From a virus (lineage: Duplodnaviria; Caudoviricetes), in the IMG/VR virus record IMGVR_UViG_3300031555_004297: a DNA stretch of 64,000 nt. The stretch is one strand, 5' to 3'. A program made the translations under genes and the position numbers. Below are positions 10,858 to 22,200 of this stretch, one piece after another. The notes beneath the pieces were generated by a model. That model did not search any database. It was not told the origin of the DNA and was given only the letters and a program-made list of their open reading frames with translations. Position 1 is the first letter of the stretch; the number at the start of each line of letters is the position of its first letter.

Positions 10858-11016
10858 ACCTCCTTCTTGTAAGTTTTTAATTCTATGTTCAAGGTGAAAA
10901 AGAAAAACAAATATCTTTAATGCCCCTTACTATAGGCGTTTGTGTCTTCAGGTACTTGTGCATCTTTTAACCCTCGCAACATTAAATTAATGAATTTCAG
11001 AAGGGAGGAATCTATA

Positions 11017-12117
11017 TTGGCTAAAAATAACTGGAATGTTAGACGAGAATCTGATATATTTTCTGGCTCATCTACTGCAAGTAATTTGAGCATGAATAAG
11101 GCAGAATCTAGTAAGCTAGTTAGCGATAAGAATATAGATAAACTCGTTCAATCTAGAGGAATCTATAATAAATATAATATGGACTGGACTAGAAAGTTCT
11201 CTAGACATCCTATTCTAGATCCATATAATACAATTACTACGACAAAAGAATATCTTTTCTTTACAAAGCCAGATCTGTGCATTGCTAAGAGACTTTCTAG
11301 CAGTGCAATTACTGTATCAGATGCTATTGGAAAGAATAATTACTTTTTTGATGATGCTGTAAGACGCTATCCCGATATGGTGAGACAGCTTGAGAGCTCT
11401 ATCAGTCTTGATGGTGGTCCATTTATGGCAGCATTGACAAATACAGTATCCTCTACTCTTGAGATCCCCGGTATTAGCGCTGAGCATATAGAGACAGCTG
11501 CCAATGTAATGGGAACTAAGATTACTTATAGAGGAACTTCGTACAAGTCTGATCAAGAGCATGAGTTCAATCTTGAATTTGAAGATACGAAGTATCTTGA
11601 TATCTACATGCTGTTTAAAATGTATGATGAATATGAGAAACTTAAGTGGAATGGTGCTCTTAATTTTGAACTCGATCCAAATAGTTACCCTGAAATTGAG
11701 CACTGGCAGAACTATATTGTCAATAAAGTTCTCCACGATCAAATCAGTATTTATAAATTCATTGTTGCTGAAGATGGATATAGAATACTGTACTGGGCTC
11801 GCATTACTGGATGCTATCCTACCTCTATTCCGAGAGATGCATTCAGCGATATGAGTAATAACGAAGCTGGACAAAAGCTTACAGTTGGATGGAAGGGTCA
11901 TTTTGTTAGAGACATGGATCCCGTAATCCTCTATCAATTTAATAATATCGTAGCTGGAAGTCAGAGCTACTTTAATAATCTTGATTTGCCTTTATATAGT
12001 ACTGATATTGGCGGTCCTAATCCTACTTGGGCAGCATCTCCATATGTACATATGAGAGAAGAAGTTGTCCCTGGACATGGTACATGTATGCAGTATTATC
12101 TTAGATGGAAAACCTAA
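11017..12117 (+). CDS. tail tube-like or tube initiator protein
   Basis: TTG start after GGGAGG; FNLEFEDTK...YWARITGCYPTSIP pattern of the tail-tube fold; late promoter 10978-10989. Confidence 0.6.
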   Translation: MAKNNWNVRRESDIFSGSSTASNLSMNKAESSKLVSDKNIDKLVQSRGIYNKYNMDWTRKFSRHPILDPYNTITTTKEYLFFTKPDLCIAKRLSSSAITVSDAIGKNNYFFDDAVRRYPDMVRQLESSISLDGGPFMAALTNTVSSTLEIPGISAEHIETAANVMGTKITYRGTSYKSDQEHEFNLEFEDTKYLDIYMLFKMYDEYEKLKWNGALNFELDPNSYPEIEHWQNYIVNKVLHDQISIYKFIVAEDGYRILYWARITGCYPTSIPRDAFSDMSNNEAGQKLTVGWKGHFVRDMDPVILYQFNNIVAGSQSYFNNLDLPLYSTDIGGPNPTWAASPYVHMREEVVPGHGTCMQYYLRWKT

Positions 12118-12137
12118 GAAGGGAGGAACAATGACCT

Positions 12138-15116
12138 ATGGCGAATAATACTGATAAATCAGTAAATTTGACATCTGACGTTTATGGTATAAACTCTTAT
12201 GTCGAAAACGTGAAGAAGAAATTTACTCCCGATGTCGGTGAAGAAACTCTTGTCCTTGGCACATTTGGTTATCTCGGACAAATGTTTTCCGATATCATTC
12301 AGAATACAATTGTTATGGCTTCAGAATTCTCTAATGAATCTATTCCTACTAAAGCCAAATTTGAAAAGAATATTATTGCCCATGCACTTGGACTGGGTAT
12401 CGATAGCATTCTTGCTACTCCAGCTCAATTTAACGTGCTTTTGACTTTTGTTGAAGATGACATTGAAGCTTGGGCGAAAGCAAATCCTGAAGCAAGTAAT
12501 TATAAGAACGGTGGATGGGACTTTACATTCGATAGAAATATTCCTATTTATATCGGAGATTTTGAGTTCCATACCGATTATGATATTCTTATCAGAAAAA
12601 CTGAGGTTAAAGTTTCTGGTAAAGAGAATACTTATGCATATACGGCTAAGTATCTTATTGATGGAAATAACCCCAATCCTGTTTCTGATATAGAGAATCC
12701 ATATTTAACCTCTCCTGTAACGATGGTAGTTAATGAGCAGAAGGTTATCTTTACAAGTTGTACTCTTAGACAAGTTGAGAAGAATACTGTTTATAAGAAG
12801 ATTCTTGCAGATAACTCTATTAGTTCTAAGACTATTACGTTTGAATTCGAGGGCCAGCTTGCTGCATTTGATATTGATGTTACGGAGGGCGGAGTTACAA
12901 CTCACCTTGTTCCGATCTATGAAGGTCTTACTTCTGATGATGAGTCTATTAAGCATTTTTATTATAGCTATCTCGATTCTAATGTAATTAGAATCAAGTT
13001 TGATAGAAATTCTTATCAGCCTAGAATCAATAGCGAGGTAAGTATTAATATCCAAACTACTCAAGGCGATAGTGGCAACTTTGTCTACAAACCTGATGCT
13101 TGGCCTACTTATGCTTTTGAATCCGACAAGTATGGTTACAACAATATTGGATGCTCTATTCGTCCTGTAACTGGAGAATCTGATTCTGGTACAGATAAGA
13201 AGAGTATTGAAGAGCTGAAGAAGTTTATTCCTAAAGAAGCTCTTTCTAGAGGTAGCATTACCAATCTTACTGACTTGGAAAACTACTTCAATATGATAAA
13301 TACAGAAGACTCTAGACTTTATTTCTATAAGAAACGTGACAATGCTCTGGAACGTCTGTACTACTCTTTCATTCTTATGAGAGATGCATTGAATAATGTT
13401 ATTCCTATGAATACAATCGATATAAAGCTTCTTAAACCCAGAGGAATCGTGGTAGGAGAATATAACTCGGTTGAAGATATTCCTGCAGATAATATAGATA
13501 TAGGAGATTATGCTCTTGTCGGAGATGATTACTATATTTATGATGGCACTGACTGGAGTATTACAACAGAGGAAAATGCTCCTAATAATAGCGATCTTAC
13601 ACTCGGTGACGATGGAAGTAAATATATCTTTAAGAAAGGTACTATTGTTCATCTTAATAAAGATACTAGTGGTGATGAACCCGTATACTATGCTTCTGTA
13701 GTACCCGAAGTCCCTGCAGAGATAGATGATAAAAGGGATTTTTATTATACAATTCCATATAACTTCGTCATCAATAATTCTCCTCTGTATGGAATGTATT
13801 CCTTAACAACTATCGATATCAAGAAATTCCTTGATTTTACCTATATTAATGAATCCTGTTTGTTCCAGTATATTGCTACGAATATTCACTGGAATAGGGG
13901 GTATTCTATCAATCAGAATATTTACGAAATGTCTCTATCTATTGAGCAGAATACTGCTAGTGAAGATGGAGTAAATGTTGTAAAGTTCGACGACAATGGA
14001 AATGTTTCTCATAGCCTTATCCGCTGTATTGCCGTTCTTTATGATGCTGAAGGAAATCCTCTTCGCTGGACTGAGGCTAGAAATGTTACAAAGATAGATG
14101 ATGTAAAAGCTAATATATTCTCCTTCAAGTTCTATTTTGCTACAGATGACAAAATTGATGTCGAAAATAGAATCGAGATCTCTAAGTCGATTAATGCAGC
14201 TGACATAGGACTTCCTGAAGTAGATTTCGCTGGTATTGAGGCAGGATCTGAATATAAAGAAAATGTAAATCAATTTAATTTGTATGATATCGGAACAGAG
14301 GAATCTCAACTTGCTTACTTTACTCCTAATACGAAGTGTGTAATTCATATTCTTACTTCTCAAGGTGCAAATGTAGAAGTAGACTCTGAAGATACTTCAA
14401 ATACGATTGTAAATAAGTATAATAATCTTGATAAGCTTATTCCGAATCTCGATGGATATATTCTTACCAACAGCTATACAGTCAAATCTGGTATCGACTT
14501 CTTCTATGATTATTCTGAAATCACCAACTCTGTTGTTACTGTTAGCAAAGAGGAGGATAATGAATATTTCTATGTACAAGGAGTTCCTGTAGTCAAATAC
14601 GATTACTTTGATAAAGCAGATGATGATAAAGCAATTACATTCTCTAATGAACTTATCAGACGTAAAGTTTATATTGACAATACAATTGATATTCTTGAAG
14701 ATGCTTTTGGTGTTAATTTTAAATTCTTTAACACGTATGGTCCTTCTAAGATGTTTACCATCTCTGAGACCTCTGAAGAAACTGTAGATAGAATTAATGT
14801 AAGTCTTAAGTTTAGACTTAGACTCACATCTAACTACGATACAAATATTACCAATAATATCACTGAAGATATTAAAGCATATATTGAAGATCTTGAGTCC
14901 ATCGCATCCCTCCATATTCCTAATCTTGTTTCTGAGATAAATAGAAAGTATGCGGCTTCTATTATCTATTTCGAGTTTATTGGAATTAATGATTATGGGC
15001 CCGGTACACAACATCTTCTCTCTCAGGATATGCCGGCAGAACTTGAAGTGCCTGAATTTGTAAATATCCATACACTGAAGGATGGTAAGCCGGATATCAC
15101 GATAACTTTGGTTTAA
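12138..15116 (+). CDS. baseplate wedge protein (T4 gp6/BplJ-like)
   Basis: 992 aa; NESIPTKAKFEKNIIAHA, GTDKKSIEELK and SITNLTDLENYF motifs typical of gp6-like wedge proteins. Confidence 0.7.
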   Translation: MANNTDKSVNLTSDVYGINSYVENVKKKFTPDVGEETLVLGTFGYLGQMFSDIIQNTIVMASEFSNESIPTKAKFEKNIIAHALGLGIDSILATPAQFNVLLTFVEDDIEAWAKANPEASNYKNGGWDFTFDRNIPIYIGDFEFHTDYDILIRKTEVKVSGKENTYAYTAKYLIDGNNPNPVSDIENPYLTSPVTMVVNEQKVIFTSCTLRQVEKNTVYKKILADNSISSKTITFEFEGQLAAFDIDVTEGGVTTHLVPIYEGLTSDDESIKHFYYSYLDSNVIRIKFDRNSYQPRINSEVSINIQTTQGDSGNFVYKPDAWPTYAFESDKYGYNNIGCSIRPVTGESDSGTDKKSIEELKKFIPKEALSRGSITNLTDLENYFNMINTEDSRLYFYKKRDNALERLYYSFILMRDALNNVIPMNTIDIKLLKPRGIVVGEYNSVEDIPADNIDIGDYALVGDDYYIYDGTDWSITTEENAPNNSDLTLGDDGSKYIFKKGTIVHLNKDTSGDEPVYYASVVPEVPAEIDDKRDFYYTIPYNFVINNSPLYGMYSLTTIDIKKFLDFTYINESCLFQYIATNIHWNRGYSINQNIYEMSLSIEQNTASEDGVNVVKFDDNGNVSHSLIRCIAVLYDAEGNPLRWTEARNVTKIDDVKANIFSFKFYFATDDKIDVENRIEISKSINAADIGLPEVDFAGIEAGSEYKENVNQFNLYDIGTEESQLAYFTPNTKCVIHILTSQGANVEVDSEDTSNTIVNKYNNLDKLIPNLDGYILTNSYTVKSGIDFFYDYSEITNSVVTVSKEEDNEYFYVQGVPVVKYDYFDKADDDKAITFSNELIRRKVYIDNTIDILEDAFGVNFKFFNTYGPSKMFTISETSEETVDRINVSLKFRLRLTSNYDTNITNNITEDIKAYIEDLESIASLHIPNLVSEINRKYAASIIYFEFIGINDYGPGTQHLLSQDMPAELEVPEFVNIHTLKDGKPDITITLV

Positions 15117-15154
15117 GAACATAAAAGTAAAATACTAAAGGAGGCAAAATAAAT

Positions 15155-16099
15155 ATGCTTAATGAGGAATATAAACTCTCTCCTAAAGCTGCTGAAAGAA
15201 ATAGAACAATCATTAGAGCCGCAATTGCTAACTATGAAGCAGCTCATCAGCCGGTGAGAGAATCATATACGCAGCCTTTCAATGAAGAAAGACTTGCACT
15301 TGTTGAAAATACTCATAGAAAGAAGGTTCTCCAAGACAGATATGTTTCATTTGGTGAAACTGTTAGATCTGCTCTTGTAACTGAGGCTATCTATAAGATT
15401 TATAAAGAAGCTACTGCTGATAATCTTGTTGAGGATACTATGAATCGTGCTATCATGAGAAGTATCGTTAGCGAGTATGTAGCAGAGAATGGATGTTATG
15501 AAATTCTTAATAGAATGAAGAAGGCATCTGTTATGACTTCTCAGATGTATAACACAATTACCGAGACAGCTCAGAAGATTCTTGAGTCTGTAGATAAGGA
15601 CGATCCTAATACCTTTACTATCACTCCTGATATGAAGGATGAGTTCTTTAAGCAGCTTGATTATAGTGATTCTGAGGCTGTTTCTGATGCTATCAAAGCT
15701 CGTGTATCTGATGAGGTTAACGACTTTGTAACTGCTAATGCAAAGGATCATGAAGACATTAATGCTGCTCTCAAGGATGCTCAGGATAAGATCGAGAATG
15801 TTCCTGAGACTGAACAGGATCTTCGCGAGGCTTATGAGCAGAAAGCTAGACGCCAGGTTCTTGCTATCAGAACTGCTCCTAAGAATGTATTTCATGCAAT
15901 GGTTTCTGCTGTTTGCGAAAGCACGCTTAAGAACCAGGCTGAGTATGCAGAGTTTATGCATGAAGGCCATCTCAATGTAGATAAGGTTGTTGATCGTGTT
16001 GCTCTCATGTATACTTTCATGGAGACTCTCAATACTGCTCGTATGGAAAAGATTGATGAGGCTTATATTGAAAGCATGCTCGAGAATCTTAGACAGTAA
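15155..16099 (+). CDS. virion (head) protein
   Basis: 314 aa; VRES, ILES and LREA sites; late promoter 15118-15129. Confidence 0.55.
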   Translation: MLNEEYKLSPKAAERNRTIIRAAIANYEAAHQPVRESYTQPFNEERLALVENTHRKKVLQDRYVSFGETVRSALVTEAIYKIYKEATADNLVEDTMNRAIMRSIVSEYVAENGCYEILNRMKKASVMTSQMYNTITETAQKILESVDKDDPNTFTITPDMKDEFFKQLDYSDSEAVSDAIKARVSDEVNDFVTANAKDHEDINAALKDAQDKIENVPETEQDLREAYEQKARRQVLAIRTAPKNVFHAMVSAVCESTLKNQAEYAEFMHEGHLNVDKVVDRVALMYTFMETLNTARMEKIDEAYIESMLENLRQ

Positions 16100-16114
16100 T
16101 TTATATATAAAAAG

Positions 16115-16152
16115 AATAGCTCTGTAGCTAGAATGCTACAGAGCTATTTCTT
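16115..16152. terminator. bidirectional terminator
   Basis: 14-bp stem AATAGCTCTGTAGC/GCTACAGAGCTATT between convergent genes. Confidence 0.8.
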
Positions 16153-16154
16153 AT

Positions 16155-16595
16155 TCAAAGTTTAATGACCAAAATATTATCGGCCATACAAGAGACATGA
16201 CACAAATTCGCCAAAATTGACGGAGTTGCATATAAGTAATTTAGATAAGACTGAGCTGCAGTCATATCATTACCAAGTGTACGCGAAAGATATGCGCGTA
16301 CCAATACCTCATTCGCCTGAATAAACTGTTTAAAGATATTCTGAATAGGTATGTAATAATAATTAGGTTCATGCTTAAATTTCGGCATTTTTCTCATTGC
16401 CGTTTTCTTGATCTTTACAGTGACAGTAAAAAACTGCGGATCAAAATTAATATCAAGACACTCAATATTTGCCTGAATGATATTTAGCATTTGGTCAATA
16501 TAATTTCTATCACTATAAAAATTGGTAAACAATAGATAACGCAGTGTATTAATACTGGTAAGATTAATATCATACTGCTTGTTATTGACATTCAT
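16155..16595 (-). CDS. hypothetical protein
   Basis: 146-aa ORF with GGAGG SD. Confidence 0.7.
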   Translation of the reverse strand: MNVNNKQYDINLTSINTLRYLLFTNFYSDRNYIDQMLNIIQANIECLDINFDPQFFTVTVKIKKTAMRKMPKFKHEPNYYYIPIQNIFKQFIQANEVLVRAYLSRTLGNDMTAAQSYLNYLYATPSILANLCHVSCMADNILVIKL

Positions 16596-16614
16596 CTTTT
16601 ATATTCCTCCACTC

Positions 16615-17328
16615 TTAATGAAAATATTGCAAGTTATATTTTTCATCATAATCTGTGCGATTGATAATACTAGTATACTGATGCTTGTTTTGTACCATAT
16701 TTAAATATCTAAGTCGAATCTCTACCCGTGGAAGCACTGAGTAGTACTTATGGACAGAACCATCGACTACAAGAGTGTCATCCAGCCATACATTAGCATT
16801 AAACATATCGGAATATTTCTTGCCACCATTGTCCCAATCTGGTTTAGTGAGAGGTCTATGTAATCCAATTTCCGCTAAGATTGTATCTTCTTTATTGTAG
16901 CACGAAGGAGTCTTAAAAAACATATAAATGTCTATGATGCATGGAGTGCATATCATAGTATCTAACGCATTAAAATCTTCTTGGCTCATCAGTCTACGCA
17001 TAAACAGATTATCCTCTTTACCTGTCAATGAGTATACATGAACAAAATTAGGATTAGACATCGCCATATTAGATAAATTTTGTCTATTGACTAATCTGAA
17101 TCTAGGGCGAGGGGATCCCTCTGGGACTTCAAATAATACAATTTGTGTGTCAATATATTCTAAGCTATTAATCATCATGTCTCGTTTATGCAAAATATCA
17201 AAAGCTTGCTTATCCGTTATATGGTACTTGTCATAAATCCATTCGAGACGCTCCTTATAATCTATAGGGATTTCCCCGAATTTATTTACGTAGTCAGCAT
17301 GCTTTTGATTTCTAGTTTTTCTCTTCAT
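16615..17328 (-). CDS. rusA: RusA-like Holliday junction resolvase
   Basis: PRPRF, KPDWDNGGKKYSD, VWLDDTLV and PRVEIRL motifs. Confidence 0.8.
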   Translation of the reverse strand: MKRKTRNQKHADYVNKFGEIPIDYKERLEWIYDKYHITDKQAFDILHKRDMMINSLEYIDTQIVLFEVPEGSPRPRFRLVNRQNLSNMAMSNPNFVHVYSLTGKEDNLFMRRLMSQEDFNALDTMICTPCIIDIYMFFKTPSCYNKEDTILAEIGLHRPLTKPDWDNGGKKYSDMFNANVWLDDTLVVDGSVHKYYSVLPRVEIRLRYLNMVQNKHQYTSIINRTDYDEKYNLQYFH

Positions 17329-17427
17329 ATTAACACCAACTTTGTAAATGAATAAGGATGTAGGAAGCTCCTACATCCTTACTATCGTGTTGAACCTATG
17401 GTAAAAAGTAATTTTACGTAGGCGACG

Positions 17428-19203
17428 TTAGCGATAAATACCCATAATTAGATTTTGAACCTTATCTTGAATATTGCCCCAGATATTATTCTGTATAAAA
17501 TCGCCTAATTTATTCTTTAGATTAATAGTATACCACATTTCAATGGTACGCCTAATCTCAGGTTTGAAAATATTAATACCGCACATATTAGCCACATAGT
17601 CCATCAATGCTGTATTATTAAGAGTATCATAACTCAATCCAAAGTCAAAGCCACCCTTAGTAGGAGTAATAGCCATGACATTATAGAGATCCTTGATTTC
17701 TACATCAACCTCAATAGAAGTAGGAACTCCATTCTTTGTCCACTGACAATCTCCGCCCTTGTTAACGCTCATACTTGTAATAATACCTGTATCTACATTA
17801 AACATGCCCTTATAAATTGCTCTAACGAGGAATGGCGTACTATAAGAGTTTACATTTCCATTGATTGTCTGAGGGGCAACAAGGCACATTAAATGAATAA
17901 GAGGAACAAGTACATTGAGATAAATACTAAGTGGAGAAGGATCTGGAGATATAAACTTGAAATGACAGTTGTAACTTCTCGTAAACTGCGAATCAGCCCA
18001 GATCTCTGGGAAATGCATCTTACCACCAGTTGCAATAGTCGTCAAATGACCGGTAAGATTAGATAAGAAGTTGCCAGCACTAGAACCGGCAAGTTTCTTT
18101 GTAAGAGCATCAAGAGACTCCTGGTTAGATACCATATCGGCATCTACTACAGAATCTATATTTAATGCCGTGCTTCCCATACCAATCATAAAGTTAATTT
18201 CTTTAGCCATATCTGAAATACCATTAATAGTAGAAGCGAGCTGAGATTGCTGAGTGCTATTAGACCAGCTCTCGCTTATATTAGTCTCTGCATCTACATA
18301 AAATGGTACAGATCGGAAGGTACCAAAATCGCCAATGGATCTAATACCAGTTCCAGTAAAATCTTCCCAGTTAAGCTTACTGAGAGGAACATTTCCAGCG
18401 CCTGGAAGTTTCATATTCTGAATTCCAAGATACACAGCTGTAGCTCTACAAAGCGGGTTTACAAAAGTATAGTATTCATTTGCCTTATATTCAAATGTAT
18501 AGTATCGGCCACCTTGCTCTAATAGTTTATCAAGTTGAGTTCGATAGCTACTAATTCCTCCTAAAGTTCCCTGCTCGATAAGTGAACCAATAAGACTCTG
18601 GCGTTCAGCTTTACTATATTTTGTCAAAAATGCGGGCCTGCCTGGTGCCAAAAATAGTAGCGGCATTCTTTCTACGATCTTATTACTATATTCATACCCA
18701 AGCAAATGGCTAGATTTAACTGCCTCATTATTCTTATTTGTAGTAACAATTCTAGGATCAGCTGTAGGTAGGAACTGATAAGGTAATCCAAATACACCTG
18801 CTACGTGTTTAATATCAATAAAATCGCTATCTGCAAGATTATATGTGATTGTAGTTGTATCAAGCAATCCAGCTGTTTGAGCATTGTTCATTTTATCTGT
18901 ATCTATTACAGTGTCTGGGTCTGGCTTTGATTCAACCGCTGTAGAAGAGTCAACTGTTGCATTACCAGCAGCAGCTTGAGATTCCAAGTATTTTTCAATT
19001 TCTTCTTCCGTATGTCTTATGCCTAAAAACCATCCGGAATATGGGGACTGAGGCTGGATCCACCAGCCAGTCATAGGGTCATCTTGTCTAGAAGATTCTT
19101 TAACAACAGTACCACTTTTTACATTTTGCACTACTGTTTGTCCATTAGGAATATCCATCATTTTTGTATTGACGGATATAATCCATACATCACCTGAAGC
19201 CAT
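17428..19203 (-). CDS. baseplate/tail tube junction protein (gp48-like)
   Basis: 591 aa; FPEIWADSQFTRSYNCHFKF and GVPTSIEVDVEIKDL motifs; directly downstream of the tape measure gene. Confidence 0.55.
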   Translation of the reverse strand: MASGDVWIISVNTKMMDIPNGQTVVQNVKSGTVVKESSRQDDPMTGWWIQPQSPYSGWFLGIRHTEEEIEKYLESQAAAGNATVDSSTAVESKPDPDTVIDTDKMNNAQTAGLLDTTTITYNLADSDFIDIKHVAGVFGLPYQFLPTADPRIVTTNKNNEAVKSSHLLGYEYSNKIVERMPLLFLAPGRPAFLTKYSKAERQSLIGSLIEQGTLGGISSYRTQLDKLLEQGGRYYTFEYKANEYYTFVNPLCRATAVYLGIQNMKLPGAGNVPLSKLNWEDFTGTGIRSIGDFGTFRSVPFYVDAETNISESWSNSTQQSQLASTINGISDMAKEINFMIGMGSTALNIDSVVDADMVSNQESLDALTKKLAGSSAGNFLSNLTGHLTTIATGGKMHFPEIWADSQFTRSYNCHFKFISPDPSPLSIYLNVLVPLIHLMCLVAPQTINGNVNSYSTPFLVRAIYKGMFNVDTGIITSMSVNKGGDCQWTKNGVPTSIEVDVEIKDLYNVMAITPTKGGFDFGLSYDTLNNTALMDYVANMCGINIFKPEIRRTIEMWYTINLKNKLGDFIQNNIWGNIQDKVQNLIMGIYR

Positions 19204-19288
19204 ATAAACACCTCCTAAAAGGTATTGGGTTTAATTTAATATATAGTTGGAAGGGTCAATTCAGACCCTTCCAACCTTTGATTTGAAA

Positions 19289-22200
19289 TTATTCAGATGC
19301 CAAACCAGACATTACTTTCAGAAGATAATCGGTGTCTTTGTCGCCAATAAGTTTGGCAGCATTGGCATCACCACTTCTTTGAATAATTCTAGCTAAAGCA
19401 GCCTTAGTGCCAGCAGTATTCTGTTCTACTACCTTTTGAACCTCTTCCTTATTAAGGTTAATATCGAGTTTCTCAGACAGGAGTTCAAGAATCTTTGCAA
19501 GCAATCCTGTATTAGCCGCAATCTGCATCAGGACATTAACGATGGTCTCGAGGAATACTTCATAGCTTACGCCACCAGCTCCTCCAGATTTATCATCCTT
19601 AGCATGTACAACAACAGGAGTCTCGGCAGGTTCATAAGAATCAAGAGCTCTAGCAGATCCATAGTGCGCAGCAGCTGCTCTTCTGCTTTCAGTAAGAGCA
19701 TTAGCACCACGTCCAGATCCAACTTGACCATCAATCTTCTCACTAGTTACCATAGCACTCAGCGTAGTACCCAATACCCTTCTAGGATCATAAGATACAC
19801 GAGACTGAGGCATATCAGGATCTTCAACAACAATATTATTCTTATTATCTAAGCCAACTCCAGTAATGAAGTGAGGTCTAGAACCATAAGGAGAATTGCT
19901 ATTGCCTTGAGGATCCATTCCAAGCATTACTACCTGATGACCATGTTTGAGAGCTTCCATAATAAGGTTACTATCATTCGTAGCCTGGGTCTTAATGCCA
20001 TATTTATTAAAGATGGACTCGAAATACTTCATGTCTGTCATGCCTTCTTTATTCAAGAAACCATTATTTTCAGCATGTCTTGCAGCTTCATTAAGAGTTA
20101 TAGTCTTTCCACGTACATTGTTGATAGCATTAGTTGCTGCTACAGGAGCACAACCATTTTCACCAATTGTCGTAGGACCATACGTTCTATTTGCTACAGT
20201 AGGATCAGATTGATAGATATGTTTTCCAGCACCACCAAACCAACCCTTTACGGTACTCCAAGCATTGGAGATTCCTTCTCCAATACTACTAGCAACATTC
20301 TTGATACCATCTACGACAGCACCAAATTTATCGCTAATCCATCCACCGACATCTGGGAATCCCCAGTTACCTCCTCCGAAGAAGCTCTTGATTTTACCAA
20401 AAGTATTTTCAAAGAAGCCAGTGATACCATCCCAAATGCCCATAATCTTTTCTTTGATCCAGTCAAATGCATCTGTTACAGGTTTCAATCTCTGTTTTAA
20501 TCCATCGATACCACCAGTAATAAAGCTTACAACTGTACCAATTGCACCGACAATAATACGAAGAGGAGTACTCAATACTTTGACCACTTGGAAGATCACG
20601 TTATTGATAATATCCATTACGTTATTGCCAGTAGATTCAGGAGACTTAGGCGATTCCTCACCCTTCCATGCAGCTGTAAATAATGCTCCAACTGCAGTTC
20701 CGAGCTTAGGAAGCATCTGTTTGCCAGCATTAATAACTACCTTAACAGTATCTACAACACGGCCAACTACCCAAGTTAATGCTCTAGGAACGAATGTAAC
20801 AACTTTGACAACAAAGAAGATAGCCTTGTTGATAATATCCATTACATTATTTCCAGTGCTTTCAGGTGCATCGGGTCCATCCTCACCCTTCCATGCAGCG
20901 ACAAAGAGTCCGCCAACAGCAGTAGCAAGTTTAGGAATCATTTGCTTGCCGGCATCAATGACGATCTTGACAGTATCGACAATTCTACCAACAGCCCAAG
21001 TGATTGCACGAGGAACAAAGGTTACTACCTTAACAATTCCAAATACACCCTTCATTACGTTATCAATCATATCATTACCAGTGGTAGAAATGTTGATCTC
21101 GTAATCTTCTCCCTCCCAGGATTTCTTGAACAACTGTCCAACCATTGTTCCTAGGATAGGAATGATAACCTTACCACATTCAATAGCATCCATGACAAAG
21201 TTCTTGACCTTACCAACCATCGAAGTGATATAGATAATCGGAGAGATTGCAATTTTCATTACAGAGAATACGACATTTGCAAGGTTACCTACAAGACCGC
21301 GTTCATTTTCCTGGTTGGCCTTCACGGAGAATGCTCCAAGCATATTACCATCCCAAGCTTTGATAAATACGTTCTTAACACCTTGCCAGATGAAGCTACC
21401 GAATTTCTTCAAGCTATCCCACATCTTAGCCATATTTTCTTTGAAATGTGCGAAGAATTTTACAATACTTGTAATCGGACAGGTTATAACTTTCATCACT
21501 CCATGGATTACGTTCTTGATACCCTTCAGAGGATCATCGTCAGCAATCTGGGACTCCTCGGAATCTTCTCCAGTTACGGCAGAAGTCCAAAGATTCTTAA
21601 ATGCTGCAATTATCCATTTAGGAAGTCCCTTAAAGGACTCTATAAGCGGAGCCATAGTCTCATCGAGGTTACCATTCTTGATACCACTAAAGATATTCTT
21701 AATGGTAGAACCAGCATCCTTAAACATTTGGATAGCGCCACCGCCTACTTGTTTGACGTTTTCGACTTGCTCTCCAATCTGAGTATTCTTGAGAGCTTTT
21801 CCAATCTGAACATGCAGTTTGTCCTTATTGTTAAAGTCTTCAAGGTTATCATACTGCTCTTCAGGATGTGCTTCGTTCCACTCATCCATGATGTCTTGAG
21901 CTCTAGCTCTAGCTTCCTTAAGACCCTTAGGATCAAGTCCAAGAAGCGGGAATAAGAACTCAACGCAGACATCTACGATAATTTCAGAAGGAAGCAATCC
22001 AAAAGTAAATTGATTTGTAATAAGTTCCAACAAACCGCAGACGATTTTATGTCCGAAGTTAACTTCGAACTCAGTATCGCCTTTAGCAACGCCAAGTATA
22101 GTATCGGCATTATCAAAACCATGCAAGAAATCTTTTACCCAAATAGCAATAGCAACAAAAGGAATCTTACCGGCAATACCGCTAGCAATCTTTCCTAAAG